From Candidatus Bathyarchaeum tardum (lineage in GTDB: Archaea; Thermoproteota; Bathyarchaeia; Bathyarchaeales; Bathyarchaeaceae), in the NCBI GenBank assembly GCA_024650005.2, contig CP122380.1, positions 1,600,001-1,664,000 on the forward strand: 64,000 nucleotides of DNA. Reading direction: 5' to 3'. Below the pieces are notes generated by a model, which saw nothing but the letters and a program-made list of their open reading frames with translations, was not told the DNA's origin and made no database searches. Shown here in pieces: positions 19,589 to 29,903 of this stretch (position 1 is the stretch's first letter; every line of letters starts with the position of its first letter). A program made the translations under genes and the position numbers.

Positions 19589-20995
19589 TTGAAAAAAATA
19601 GTCATGAAATTTGGAGGTAGCTCTGTCGCCAATGGCGAAAAAATCCGCAACGTAGCAAACCTGATTAAAGACAACAAAAACGATAACCAAATAGTGGTAG
19701 TTGTTTCAGCTCTGCAAGGAATAACTAACCAACTAATTCAAGCAGCTGTACAGGCAAAGACAGGCAACACCAAATTCATCAAAGAATTCAAGCAAGAAAT
19801 CCTTGAACGCCACCAAACCACAATAAAAGAGGCAATCCAAGACACAGTAATCCAAGAAATCGTTTGGAAACTAGTAGAATCCAGAATATGTGAACTAGAA
19901 CAAGTACTAACTGGAATCAGCTACGTGGGAGAACTCACCCCAAAATCCCGAGACCTTGTAATCTCTTTTGGAGAAAAACTGTCTGCCCCAATCGTAAGCG
20001 CAACTTTAAATGATATAAGGGTAACTTCGGAACATTTCACAGGGGGAGAAGCAGGGATAGTAACTGACTCAAACTTTGGAGAAGCTAGTTTGCTGATGAA
20101 CGTTACTAAATTTGAACTCAAAAAGAACATAGAACCCCTCTTAGAGAAGGGAACGGTCCCAGTAATCACAGGGTTTATCGCCCAAACCCAAAACGGAGAA
20201 ACCACCACTGTAGGTAGAGGAGGATCAGATTACACAGCCACTATCGTAGGGGCAGCCCTTGAAGCCGAAGAAATCTGGATATGGACCGACGTAGACGGCT
20301 TGATGACCTCAGACCCTAAACTGGTTCCTGAAGCAAAAATAATCCCAAAAATTAGCTTCCAAGAAGCAACCGAACTAACAATCTTTGGCGCAAAAGCAAT
20401 GCACCCCCGAGCCCTTGAACCCGCAAGAAAAGAAGGTATACCCGTAAGAATCAGAAACGTGTTCAACCCAAGCAACCATGGAACCCTGATAATGGAAAAC
20501 GGCAAACTGGAAACAAAAAATGGAGTTAAAGCAGTAACTATCGTCAAAAACGTTGCCCTTATAACCGTCAGCGGCTCAGGCATGGTTGGTGCCCCTGGAA
20601 CGGCAGCCAAAGTTTTTGAAGTTCTGGGAAAAGAAAACATCAACATATTGATGATTTCCCAAAGTGTTTCTGAAGCTAACATTTCCATAGTAATTCATCG
20701 AAGCCTTCTGGAACGGGCAGTTAACACCCTTGAACTTGCATTGCTAGGAAAAGAATTCATCCATGAAATCATCTCCGAAGACGACGTATGCGTAGTCGCA
20801 GTCCTAGGCGCAGGCATGAAAGGCATGGTAGGTGTAGCTTCCAGAATCTTTTCAGCAGTAGCTAGCAAAAAAATCAACGTTAACATGATAGCCCAAGGCT
20901 CATCTGAACTCAACGTGTCCTTTGTGGTCAAAGAAAAAGACGGACCAGAAACAGTCAAAGCAATTCACAAAGAATTCAAACTGGACGAAAAATAA
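19589..20995 (+). CDS. lysC: Aspartate kinase with two ACT domains
   Basis: VMKFGGSSV, VVVSA, GRGGSDYTA, WTDVDG, C-terminal ACT repeats (QGSSELN). Confidence 0.96.
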   Translation: MKKIVMKFGGSSVANGEKIRNVANLIKDNKNDNQIVVVVSALQGITNQLIQAAVQAKTGNTKFIKEFKQEILERHQTTIKEAIQDTVIQEIVWKLVESRICELEQVLTGISYVGELTPKSRDLVISFGEKLSAPIVSATLNDIRVTSEHFTGGEAGIVTDSNFGEASLLMNVTKFELKKNIEPLLEKGTVPVITGFIAQTQNGETTTVGRGGSDYTATIVGAALEAEEIWIWTDVDGLMTSDPKLVPEAKIIPKISFQEATELTIFGAKAMHPRALEPARKEGIPVRIRNVFNPSNHGTLIMENGKLETKNGVKAVTIVKNVALITVSGSGMVGAPGTAAKVFEVLGKENINILMISQSVSEANISIVIHRSLLERAVNTLELALLGKEFIHEIISEDDVCVVAVLGAGMKGMVGVASRIFSAVASKKINVNMIAQGSSELNVSFVVKEKDGPETVKAIHKEFKLDEK

Positions 20996-21041
20996 GCTCT
21001 ACACCTTTTCATTTTTTTGTTCTTTACTAGTTAGTTTCAAA

Positions 21042-21058
21042 AAGGGTAAAGTTTTAAA
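21042..21058 (+). promoter_or_regulatory. BRE/TATA promoter for the C/D sRNA
   Basis: Purine-rich AAGGGTAAAG then TTTTAAA about 25 nt upstream of the C box. Confidence 0.5.
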
Positions 21059-21077
21059 CATGCACACCTTACCGAGT

Positions 21078-21140
21078 AGTTGTGATGAGGGACACCATTC
21101 TGAACCTTCGTAATGATGAGATGGAGCGACTCTGAAACGG
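21078..21140 (+). ncRNA. Box C/D methylation guide sRNA
   Basis: C box GTGATGA 21082-88; 11-nt guide; D' CTGA 21100-03; C' ATGATGA 21113-19; 12-nt guide; D CTGA 21132-35; intergenic. Confidence 0.9.
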
Positions 21141-21288
21141 CTTACGGACCATAACAAACAATGTTAAAGTCCATGTAGACGCAAAACTGTAAATAATGCA
21201 GAAAGCGGATGACAACAAAGCTAAAAACTCACGTAACCTTTAAGAAGCACAGAAAGGGAAAAAGTATCCGAAAAGGAAAGCGATCAAT

Positions 21289-21378
21289 ATGGCACGACAT
21301 CACGGCATGACAAAAAAGACCGCCAAAAAGAAACAAAAACGAGTAAAGAAGAAAAGACAAAAAAGACGGAAGAGGTAA
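21289..21378 (+). CDS. 29-aa highly basic peptide MARHHGMTKKTAKKKQKRVKKKRQKRRKR (eL41-like composition)
   Basis: ATG..TAA ORF, upstream CTTTAAG TATA-like box and AAGGA SD, downstream T-tract; below ORF-track cutoff. Confidence 0.65.
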   Translation: MARHHGMTKKTAKKKQKRVKKKRQKRRKR

Positions 21379-21524
21379 AACTAAGATTGCCCGTTTTTCT
21401 CATTTCTTTTGCACCAAAAATGTGCCACTAAAAGGCACTTACTAAAATTTTGATTTACGAAACCCACATCATATAAAGTGGATATTATAATTAGCGAAAA
21501 TGTTGTTGTTCTTAGGTTTTATAA

Positions 21525-22355
21525 TCAAACCATCGCGGGAAAAAGAACTGCACTTAACGAAGGAATTGAAACATTAAGCCAAATGTAAACTGCAACTATT
21601 AACATCAAAACAGAGATCACAACCAGTACATAATCAGACCGCTTCAACTTGAGGGCATACAAATTTGTACGATTTTTGCTAGCACCCCAGGCACGGGATT
21701 CCATCGCTTCAGCAAGTTCAAGGCTTCTTCGAATTGCATTCACTATCAATGGAATAAGAATTGGAATATAATTTCTGACCCGTTTAAGCAAGTTTCCACG
21801 CTCTAGTTCTAGCCCGCGGGCTTTTTGGGCATCCATTATGGTTTGGGCTTCGTCAGCTAAAACGGGAACGAAACGAACCGCAGTAGTGAAAGCAAAACAA
21901 AACTCGTAAGGAACATGACTTTGCTGCAGGGCTAACCCGAGATGATCGGGGGAAGTTGTTAAAAAGAAAACAGAAAAAGATGCAATTAAAACAACAAAAC
22001 GCAGGGTCATTGATATGGAGCGCTCCAACAGCACCAAATATTCGAAAGCAGTATCCACTGGAGGAGTTATTTGAGGAAACGATGCAGGATACAAGAACCC
22101 AAAAATGAAGTTAGTTGCAAAAATAAACACTGCCAACAGTAAGGCACCTCGCAGGGAACGCAACCATTGACGGTTAACTTTGGCGACAAATACGAAAGGC
22201 AAAGGAACCATAAACAAAACAAGCAACGCGAACAGGTTCGTGAACAGGATAGCCATAACAAACAAGACTAAAACAAAGAAAAACTTGACCCGTGGGTCTA
22301 AATCATGAACCAAAGAAGAAACTTTTCTGAACTTGAATCCTTCAAAAACGCTCAT
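21525..22355 (-). CDS. ecfT: ECF transporter transmembrane subunit T
   Basis: LDPRVK, RFVP, AQKARG, AEAMESR motifs. Confidence 0.93.
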   Translation of the reverse strand: MSVFEGFKFRKVSSLVHDLDPRVKFFFVLVLFVMAILFTNLFALLVLFMVPLPFVFVAKVNRQWLRSLRGALLLAVFIFATNFIFGFLYPASFPQITPPVDTAFEYLVLLERSISMTLRFVVLIASFSVFFLTTSPDHLGLALQQSHVPYEFCFAFTTAVRFVPVLADEAQTIMDAQKARGLELERGNLLKRVRNYIPILIPLIVNAIRRSLELAEAMESRAWGASKNRTNLYALKLKRSDYVLVVISVLMLIVAVYIWLNVSIPSLSAVLFPAMV

Positions 22356-23173
22356 GATTTTTTCCTCAACCGGTTTAGTAAAATTTTTGTGGCTTCATGA
22401 ACGTCAATAACATCAGTAGGCAACCCCAAATCTTCTAGTTCCAAAAAAATCTTGGTAATCTGAGGAGGAACAATAGAAGCCTGCGCCAACAACTTTGTGT
22501 CATTTAAAATTTTTTCAGCTACACCGTCAAGCAAAATCTGGCCTTGACGCATCAAAATAACTCGAGGATTACATTCTGCTACAAATTCCACATCGTGAGT
22601 AACAACAACTACAGTTTTTTTCTGGGCATTCAACTGCAAAATAAAATGTTGCAACTTTTCTTTCTGGCGATGGTCCTGACCAATAGTGGGTTCATCCAAA
22701 ATAACTACCTGAGGATCCCATGCAAGAATTGAAGCTAAAGCTACCCGTTTTCGTTCTCCGCCACTGAGCATAAAAGGTGAAGTTTTTCTGTACTGCACCA
22801 CATCCAGTAGATTCAGCGCCCAATCAACTTGTTTTTTGATTACTGCTTCTTCGAAGCCAAAGTTCTTTAGAGCAAAAGCAATTTCGTCTTCTACTGTTTC
22901 ACTAAATAATTGATGGTCAGGATTTTGGAACACAAAACCAACATTACGAGCCAACTTAGCAACACTTACGTCCCGGGTGCTCACGCCGTCAACAAGGACT
23001 TCACCGTGGGTGGGTTTCAACAGTCCGTTAAAGTGTTTAACTAAAGTAGTTTTTCCAGCCCCATTTTGACCCATGATCGCCAAGAATTCCCCGTCATTTA
23101 CTGTGAGGTTGATTCCTTTCAGGGCTTCAAAACCAGTAGAGTAAGAGTAATAGAGGTCTTTTACTTCAAGCAT
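22352..23173 (-). CDS. ecfA2: ECF transporter ATPase
   Basis: GQNGAGKTT, FQNPDHQ, LSGGE, ILDEPT. Confidence 0.93.
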   Translation of the reverse strand: MLEVKDLYYSYSTGFEALKGINLTVNDGEFLAIMGQNGAGKTTLVKHFNGLLKPTHGEVLVDGVSTRDVSVAKLARNVGFVFQNPDHQLFSETVEDEIAFALKNFGFEEAVIKKQVDWALNLLDVVQYRKTSPFMLSGGERKRVALASILAWDPQVVILDEPTIGQDHRQKEKLQHFILQLNAQKKTVVVVTHDVEFVAECNPRVILMRQGQILLDGVAEKILNDTKLLAQASIVPPQITKIFLELEDLGLPTDVIDVHEATKILLNRLRKKS

Positions 23174-24014
23174 TCTTTAAAGCCTCCCGCAAAAGTTGTG
23201 CCACTTCTTCTGGAGTAACGGGAATGGTTTTCAGGTCAATTCCATTCTTCTTTAGATATAGATATAGTTCAGTGGCTTTTGGAATTCCAATGCCAATTAG
23301 CCGAGCTTGTTCTGAGGTAAAAATTTCTTGGGGAGTTCCAGCCATGGCAATTTCACCGTTGTTCATTACAATAACACGGTTAGCATACTTTGCTGCAAGA
23401 TCAAGGCGATGTTCGACCAGAATGATAGTGATTCCTAGTTCTTTGTTGAGTTGGCTTATTACTTCAAAAATTTTTTCTGCACCCAAAGGGTCAAGAAAAG
23501 AAGTGGGTTCATCAAGTATTATAATGTCGGGCTGCATTGCTAGAACTGAAGCTATAGCAACCCGTTGTTGTTGTCCACCTGAAAGTTCGTGAGGGGGTCT
23601 TTCGGTTAGTTCACTTATTCCTGCTTGTTCCAGCGCCCAGTCTACTCGTTTTCTCATTTCATCGCGGGGCATGGCAAAATTTTCTAATCCAAAGGCAACA
23701 TCTTTTTCAACGGATAATGCAAATAATTGATTTTCCGGGTTTTGGAACACTAACCCAACATGGCGAGCAAGTTCATGAATTTGATGTTCAGCTACATTTA
23801 ATCCAGCAACGGATATTTTTCCTACCAAAATGCCATTGTAAAAATGGGGAACCAAACCATTAAAGCACCGACAAAGAGTTGTTTTTCCGCATCCGCTGGG
23901 ACCAGTTAAAATTACAAAATCGCCCTTGTTTATTGTGATTGAAACATTCTTAATTGACGGCGTTTTAGCGTTAGGATAAGAATATGTAAGATTATTAGTT
24001 TCAATCACTGCCAA
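23166..24014 (-). CDS. ecfA1: ECF transporter ATPase
   Basis: GPSGCGKTT, FQNPENQ, LSGGQQQR, ILDEPT. Confidence 0.93.
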   Translation of the reverse strand: MAVIETNNLTYSYPNAKTPSIKNVSITINKGDFVILTGPSGCGKTTLCRCFNGLVPHFYNGILVGKISVAGLNVAEHQIHELARHVGLVFQNPENQLFALSVEKDVAFGLENFAMPRDEMRKRVDWALEQAGISELTERPPHELSGGQQQRVAIASVLAMQPDIIILDEPTSFLDPLGAEKIFEVISQLNKELGITIILVEHRLDLAAKYANRVIVMNNGEIAMAGTPQEIFTSEQARLIGIGIPKATELYLYLKKNGIDLKTIPVTPEEVAQLLREALKNA

Positions 24015-24075
24015 TATTATCCGCCAGCCTAAAGCAATTTTTTATATCCATTTAAGAGTAGCTACCCAAAAAGGG

Positions 24076-25056
24076 TTAACTTAATTTCTGTTTTATGAGC
24101 TTTTCACAAAAATTCAGACACCCATTTACGTCTCCATTGCCGTTTGCACCAGCAGAAACAGAATGCCCACCACCCATACCCCCCAAAAATTCACCAAGGG
24201 GTGTTGCCAAATCGCGACCCATGTGGATTCCAGTTTCGGTAAAGAATTCGTGGGAGGCTCTAAAACTTACTTGAATTCCACCATCTTTTTCTCCTGCAAC
24301 AATAGCAACATGAGCCCCAAAGGCAACCAGTCCGCGAGCAGCTGAAGCTTGAAAAGTGCTAAGACGAGAAAGGGCAATCAACCAGTTATTGACTTTCACA
24401 ATTTTCATCCTACCAGCGGTTTTTAGTCGTGCAACACGTTCCGAATAATCCATAGGCAATGAAAGAATAGGAAGTGTCTCTCGAGGGTTTACAATTTGTG
24501 CAAGTTCTGCAACAATTTTTAAAGTTTCCGAACCAGCCAAAATGAAGTGTCTGCTGTCAAAAGCAATTCCAAGAAACAGCGCTTTTGCAGAAGCAACAGA
24601 TGGCTTGATTTTTGCTTCTTTAAACAGCCTGTAAACGATTTCACAAGTCGAAGAAGCAGTTTCATCAGTTACTGAAAGAGCTGAAATATGTTCAGTTTCA
24701 GGATGCGGGGCGTGATGGTCAATCAAAAGTATCGGCTGCGCAGGTTGGAGCAGGGCAGCCCAGTCATCCAACTGTTGGGTAGTATTTGTGTCAAGTAAAA
24801 CAACCAAATCAGCATTTTCTATCTGAGGCTGATCAGTAAGCTCCACATTTACAGCTTTAATTACAGCTTTGGAAAGTTTACTAGGTCCAGCAGCAGCCCC
24901 AATTTCAGTTTTTAAGTTTGGCCTTAACTGTTTTAACAAGTTGTCAAAAGCAAAAGCCGCGCCAATTGCATCGGGGTCTGCGTTATGATGACATAAAAGA
25001 ACGACTAGTTTAGCATCAAGCTTGTCGATTAAAGAGGTTATTTTTCTGATTTGCAC
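24076..25056 (-). CDS. DHH family phosphoesterase
   Basis: HHNADPDA, LLDT, IDHH, DHHA1 GGGH motif. Confidence 0.9.
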   Translation of the reverse strand: MQIRKITSLIDKLDAKLVVLLCHHNADPDAIGAAFAFDNLLKQLRPNLKTEIGAAAGPSKLSKAVIKAVNVELTDQPQIENADLVVLLDTNTTQQLDDWAALLQPAQPILLIDHHAPHPETEHISALSVTDETASSTCEIVYRLFKEAKIKPSVASAKALFLGIAFDSRHFILAGSETLKIVAELAQIVNPRETLPILSLPMDYSERVARLKTAGRMKIVKVNNWLIALSRLSTFQASAARGLVAFGAHVAIVAGEKDGGIQVSFRASHEFFTETGIHMGRDLATPLGEFLGGMGGGHSVSAGANGNGDVNGCLNFCEKLIKQKLS

Positions 25057-25340
25057 TTGAGTTCCCTCAAGTATTCTTCAATAACAATGAAGGCTTGTTT
25101 TGTTGCTTCTCTGGTTAAGTATTCAACATCAAAGTCTTTCATTATTGGGGATAATACAACGTTTACGTCAACGTCTATCGTTATGGGTTTGATGCCTTGG
25201 GCATCCACAAATACATCAAGGTCAATTATTCTGCTTGTAGACACCTGAGAAAGAACATATTTTCGGGCAGCTAATTCTGCCTTTTCACATAGTTCTTGCA
25301 CTTGCTCAAGGGTAAGTTCAGGGATGCCAATTTCTGCCAA
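25038..25340 (-). CDS. DUF3194-like conserved archaeal protein
   Basis: IGIPELT.EQ..EL motif; position downstream of pfdB. Confidence 0.65.
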   Translation of the reverse strand: MAEIGIPELTLEQVQELCEKAELAARKYVLSQVSTSRIIDLDVFVDAQGIKPITIDVDVNVVLSPIMKDFDVEYLTREATKQAFIVIEEYLRELKCKSEK

Positions 25341-25353
25341 AAGGCACTCATCC

Positions 25354-25722
25354 CTAAGCAGAACCAGATACGGGACTCAAGTCTTGCTGCAGTTGCTCTT
25401 GAAGCTCTTTGACCTGAGTTTTAATGCGCTCATCTTGTTTGGCTATCACGTCAACTCTCATTTTCAAGAGTTCTTTGCGTTCAGAAAGTTCTGTTTCAAC
25501 AGTATTTTTTTCCGATTTTACAAGAAGTGCACCAATGGATTTGTAAACAACAGCAGTTTCATCTAGTTTTTCTAATTCAACTTTGGCTTGTTCAACTTCG
25601 TTGAGTTGCATTTCTAGCTGCTGTTTTTGTGCCATTATACCTTGAAGGGTTTGTTGTAACTGTTGAAGCCTCATTAATCGTTGCTGTACTTGGGGTGGAA
25701 GTTTAGAAATCTCTTCGCTCAT
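25354..25722 (-). CDS. pfdB: Prefoldin beta subunit
   Basis: LPPQVQ...QQLQQ coiled coil, VYKSIG.LLVK hairpin. Confidence 0.94.
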   Translation of the reverse strand: MSEEISKLPPQVQQRLMRLQQLQQTLQGIMAQKQQLEMQLNEVEQAKVELEKLDETAVVYKSIGALLVKSEKNTVETELSERKELLKMRVDVIAKQDERIKTQVKELQEQLQQDLSPVSGSA

Positions 25723-25791
25723 TTTATATTCCTCAAACATTTGACTGTGAGTTATTCAGCTTAAATAACTTGGCACATATTAAGCGTTTCA

Positions 25792-26046
25792 CTAAAAATC
25801 TGATTCAGTAAACTTTTGAAGATTCATTGCTACTCCAATTAATCGCAGATATGAATTCATTGCTGCCCGCAATGCAGAGGTGTCTGCTGCTCTGAAATCT
25901 AAAATCAGGGTTTGCCCTTCAGTAGTCATACAGACTTTTGAGCGACTAGTAGATGCAGAATCAATTTCAGGTTTAAGGGCGTGTATTACTACGTGCAATT
26001 GTTTATCAGAAAAAAAGTTCAGACGCACAACAGCTTTGGCATTCAT
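25792..26046 (-). CDS. pcc1: KEOPS complex subunit Pcc1
   Basis: ALKPE...RS...A.DTSALRAAMNSYLR. Confidence 0.9.
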   Translation of the reverse strand: MNAKAVVRLNFFSDKQLHVVIHALKPEIDSASTSRSKVCMTTEGQTLILDFRAADTSALRAAMNSYLRLIGVAMNLQKFTESDF

Positions 26047-26588
26047 GATGAAACGTCCCAAATTAACCTTGAAAAAGTTACCTGAGGTCCTATTTCAACC
26101 ATTCGTTGAAGCATAACAAAGGTCATTTTGACTCGCCGAGAAGAATCAAAGGACAAATGCATAGAAACCTGATGATTTTCAGATGTTTCATCCAAGGGCA
26201 AAACAGGCAAACCAAAAAACTTGGACAAACATCCAGCTAAACGTTGTAACCCAGAAGAAGAGTTAGGTTCTAAAGTAATCACAGAAGATTTGATACGGCT
26301 AATTTGTTTTAGTTCTCGTCGCAAACGTATGCTTTGAATAACCATTAAAGGAGAAACAGCAGTTAACCCAAAGGATATATTAAACAAACCAATTTTTCCA
26401 GGAGCTCCATGCCATCGACCAACAACTATTACGCGGTCACAATTTAGTTCAAGTGCCTTTTCTGCAACTGCATCTAAACTCATTTTTCCACGATTCACGC
26501 GGTTAACATCAGGAAGAGATGAAAATAAATCTCGACAAAAACTGCGGATTCTTTGGGTGGGTCTTCGAGAAGTAGTTAATAAAATCAA
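26043..26588 (-). CDS. Brix/Imp4-domain ribosome biogenesis protein
   Basis: MILLTTSRRPT.R.RSF..DL, NRGKMSL, C-terminal EIGP. Confidence 0.88.
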   Translation of the reverse strand: MILLTTSRRPTQRIRSFCRDLFSSLPDVNRVNRGKMSLDAVAEKALELNCDRVIVVGRWHGAPGKIGLFNISFGLTAVSPLMVIQSIRLRRELKQISRIKSSVITLEPNSSSGLQRLAGCLSKFFGLPVLPLDETSENHQVSMHLSFDSSRRVKMTFVMLQRMVEIGPQVTFSRLIWDVSS

Positions 26589-26643
26589 TTTTAGTCCACC
26601 TCAACAAAAAAGGTGGCAGAAAGGCATAAGCCTTCTGGAAGAT

Positions 26644-26919
26644 TTAGGATTCGGAAGAGGTTGCACTCTTTACTTGGCGCTTTGCTACAACTCCAAGTTT
26701 TGTAACTGGAGTATAGGCTCCACCAGCAAAAGTTACATCACATTTTCGACAGTTCCAAATACCGACACTTTCACGCTTGACCGCCTCTGCACCACATTGT
26801 GGACATTTGTGGATCCGTCTGACTTCTGTTAATACTTTGACGTAACGTTTCCTGATTGTTGCACCATAACGAGTACCAAGACCTCGAGTCATCGCAACTT
26901 TTTTTGTATTTCTTCCCAT
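26644..26919 (-). CDS. rpl37ae: 50S ribosomal protein L37Ae (eL43)
   Basis: GTRYGATIRK, CPQCG...VKR..VGIW.CRKC, GGAY.P. Confidence 0.96.
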   Translation of the reverse strand: MGRNTKKVAMTRGLGTRYGATIRKRYVKVLTEVRRIHKCPQCGAEAVKRESVGIWNCRKCDVTFAGGAYTPVTKLGVVAKRQVKSATSSES

Positions 26920-27719
26920 CAGCTTTTAACCACGATTTTTCTTAATTCTGAAGACTTTTCAGATGCAATTTTTACTGCTTCAAATATTTCTTCTTTGGTA
27001 AAGAAGCCTCCGCCGCCACCTTTCTGCATTGCGCAGATGTTTCCGTCTTTGTTCATTGTTATCGTCAATCTTGCATCCATGACGTGTTCTTCATCAAGTC
27101 CAGTGTCCAATATGAGCTTATCGCCTATTTTAGCAAAAGTAACTGCTACAGGATGGTCAATCACAGGAAGAGGAGTATACCCTGGCTTCTTCACGATCTG
27201 ACAATCTTCTACAGTATACTTGAACATTTTTGCATTAATCAAAGCTGCCAAAGCTGCAATAGCTGAAGCGTCAATTAAGTTTCCGTCATGATTAAGAACA
27301 TAAATGTCCACGAAAACAACGAACACCAGTTTACCAGGTTCCACACAGAGTTTTTCCACATCGATTGCTCCAGATTCACGTATTCCACGGTCTACAACTC
27401 GAGCTAACTCTACGGCGTCTTCACCGGGTGGTCCAGTTTCAAAATCTGGAGAGGCAAGAGGCACAAGTTCAGCGTTGCAAGTAAGAACACCTTTATCAGG
27501 GGTATCAGGGAACGGAGTTCCAGTTCCGATTTTAATGCCAACCATAACATCAGTTTGACCTAGATGTACACGAGCAGAACCTTCAGCCTTTTCGATTACT
27601 CCAAGTTCGATTTTGATATCACGGTAGTCGGTAAGTCCGCGTCCATCGGTTCTTTGACCGTCTTTTAGAAGCTCACTTATTCGTTTCTTTTTCACATTTA
27701 CAACAACAGATGAGGTCAT
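26919..27719 (-). CDS. rrp42: Exosome complex component Rrp42
   Basis: [37 protein letters not shown]. Confidence 0.96.
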   Translation of the reverse strand: MTSSVVVNVKKKRISELLKDGQRTDGRGLTDYRDIKIELGVIEKAEGSARVHLGQTDVMVGIKIGTGTPFPDTPDKGVLTCNAELVPLASPDFETGPPGEDAVELARVVDRGIRESGAIDVEKLCVEPGKLVFVVFVDIYVLNHDGNLIDASAIAALAALINAKMFKYTVEDCQIVKKPGYTPLPVIDHPVAVTFAKIGDKLILDTGLDEEHVMDARLTITMNKDGNICAMQKGGGGGFFTKEEIFEAVKIASEKSSELRKIVVKS

Positions 27720-28495
27720 TCTTCTTTTTCCTCCTCAATAACATATTTTGCCTTTAACGCTTCCTTCTGAACTTCATACAGTTTCTTACAGCCTTCAACA
27801 GCCATATTAACTGCAGTTTCGAATTCTTCAGTGGATAGATTTCCGTCCATTTGCAATAAAGTAATTGCATCCAAGTTAGGCATGTAAGCTACAGGCACGT
27901 CGGCTTCACCAACTTTGTCTTCTGTGTCCATTAGGTCAAGGGCGATTTTTCCGCTAGCTTTACCTGCTGCACATGCTACAACTAAGTCGCGCATAGGAAT
28001 TCCAGCGTCAGCCAGTGCAAGAGCGGCAGCAGTTATTCCTGCACATCTTGTTCCGCCGTCAGCTTGTAAAATTTCTATGTATACTTGAATTGAGGTACGG
28101 GGATAATATTCAAGAAAAACTGCTGGCTCTAAGGCTTCTCGAATAACTTTGGAGAGCTCAACATCTCTTCTTGAAGGAGCAGGAGACTTTCGTTCATCAA
28201 CAGAGAAAGGTGCCATATGATAACGACATTGAATAACAGCGCGATCTTGTTGGGCTATATGGCGTGGATGTGCCTCTTTAGGTCCGTAGACACCAACAAG
28301 AATTTTGTTTCGTCCTTGTTCTAGATATGATGAACCATCTGCGTTTGGAAGAACACCAACTTCCATTTTTACTGGACGCAATTCATCCACTTTTCGTCCA
28401 TCTAAACGAATGCCTTTTTTGTCAACCAATGTTTCAGATTTTTTGGTTGACTTTTTCTCTTGCTCTTTTTTAGTTTTCTTTTTACTTGCTGTCAA
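27716..28495 (-). CDS. rrp41: Exosome complex exonuclease Rrp41
   Basis: RLDGRK.DELRP, YHMAPFS, QADGGTR, catalytic D...ED..GEAD. Confidence 0.96.
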   Translation of the reverse strand: MTASKKKTKKEQEKKSTKKSETLVDKKGIRLDGRKVDELRPVKMEVGVLPNADGSSYLEQGRNKILVGVYGPKEAHPRHIAQQDRAVIQCRYHMAPFSVDERKSPAPSRRDVELSKVIREALEPAVFLEYYPRTSIQVYIEILQADGGTRCAGITAAALALADAGIPMRDLVVACAAGKASGKIALDLMDTEDKVGEADVPVAYMPNLDAITLLQMDGNLSTEEFETAVNMAVEGCKKLYEVQKEALKAKYVIEEEKEE

Positions 28496-29183
28496 TTGCT
28501 TCTCGTTCCTTTTTAATCATCTCAGTAACTTTGTCGGTTAACCCACTGGTGTGAGATTCTTGCTCAATTTTGCGAATGGCTTTAATTGCAATCCGCTCAT
28601 TCTCAACTGTTCTTCCGCTAACAAGAATCAAACCATTCTGACCAATAGTCAACTGGCAACCGGTCTCTTTTTTGATCATACCGACCATAGAGCCTTGTCT
28701 GCCAATAACTCTTGGAATCTTGGTGGGAGTAACTTCAACCAGTTGTCCCCGCATAATTTTGCCCAGACCAGGTTCACGAACAGTCAACTGGGGGTCACGG
28801 GTTCGGTCGTACGCAATCACTTTGGTGATAATTAAGTCACCCACATCAAAGATGGAAGGCAAGTCCGTTGTTTCGGGTTTAAAACCGCGCTCAACAACAT
28901 CAGAGGCGCGTAATCGAGCTAGATGGGGAGCTTTGATGTCTATAACCCAACCACCAGGAGTTGCTTCAATGACTTTTCCGATAACAACGTCGCCAGGGAC
29001 AGGAATATAAAATGCTTTTAATGCAACAACATGAACCCTTTTACCGTCGTAATCAACAAGTCCAAGTCTGCAAGCATAAATTTTTTCATTTTCCTTGTAA
29101 GTGCTATCTCCTGAAAGGTAATCACCTTCTGCAAGAAGGTCTCCAGGAGCTACAAGTTGTTTTTTCTCATAAAAGAGTGGCAT
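28482..29183 (-). CDS. rrp4: Exosome RNA-binding protein Rrp4
   Basis: VAPGDLL, YIP.PGDVVIG S1 domain, [12 protein letters not shown] domain, HTSGLTD. Confidence 0.95.
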   Translation of the reverse strand: MPLFYEKKQLVAPGDLLAEGDYLSGDSTYKENEKIYACRLGLVDYDGKRVHVVALKAFYIPVPGDVVIGKVIEATPGGWVIDIKAPHLARLRASDVVERGFKPETTDLPSIFDVGDLIITKVIAYDRTRDPQLTVREPGLGKIMRGQLVEVTPTKIPRVIGRQGSMVGMIKKETGCQLTIGQNGLILVSGRTVENERIAIKAIRKIEQESHTSGLTDKVTEMIKKEREAIDSK

Positions 29184-29210
29184 ATCAAAAAATACCTCAC
29201 ATATTTTCAT

Positions 29211-29903
29211 TTATTTTACAATTTTCGCTTCAATATTTCCTTTAGTTAATTTCCCTAACTTGTCCAATAATGGACCATATGAACCAGCCGACATTTCCAC
29301 AAGGGCAGACCAAGAACCATCGGCCAACCATTGGTCACGCTTTAAAGTGCCAAAGCCTTTGACAGTTCCGTAAACTCTACTTGCGTGCTCAGGGGGGGCA
29401 TGAACTTCAACTGAAATCTTTTCCATCTTGAGCGGAATAATAGGTCGCAACAGTTTTATTATGTCTTTTGCTTGCTCCTCCACACTTTTGGAAGCATCAA
29501 TAGAGAAATGAATCTGCTCCATTGCATGCTCAATTCTAATCGGAGGATGAGGAAGATTGGTTTTTGGATCAATGCATTCACGGGATATGAAAGCAATAAT
29601 TTGTCGACGTTTTTCTTCTACCATCTGTTTTCGTTGGTCAGTAGTTAACTGTAAATCTCCCTTTTTGAGAATTATTTCAGCAATTTTTAACGAATCGACA
29701 GTTCCAAAAACTTCTTTGAGTTTTTCTTCTGAAGCTTTAGTGCCTTTTCCAGCATCCGTAAAGATTATGTCAGATGCAATAACTTCAGAAACTGAATTGT
29801 TACTTTTGCCTAATTTAAAAGATAAAGCCAATTCTGGCTTTGCTAGAATCTCGAAGTGTTCACCATTTTGAGTAATACGGGCTATTGTGTACCTGTCGCT
29901 CAT
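29211..29903 (-). CDS. sbds: Ribosome maturation factor SBDS/Sdo1
   Basis: GEHFEIL, IFTDA.KG, LQLT..QR, DPKT.LPHPP.RI. Confidence 0.95.
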   Translation of the reverse strand: MSDRYTIARITQNGEHFEILAKPELALSFKLGKSNNSVSEVIASDIIFTDAGKGTKASEEKLKEVFGTVDSLKIAEIILKKGDLQLTTDQRKQMVEEKRRQIIAFISRECIDPKTNLPHPPIRIEHAMEQIHFSIDASKSVEEQAKDIIKLLRPIIPLKMEKISVEVHAPPEHASRVYGTVKGFGTLKRDQWLADGSWSALVEMSAGSYGPLLDKLGKLTKGNIEAKIVK

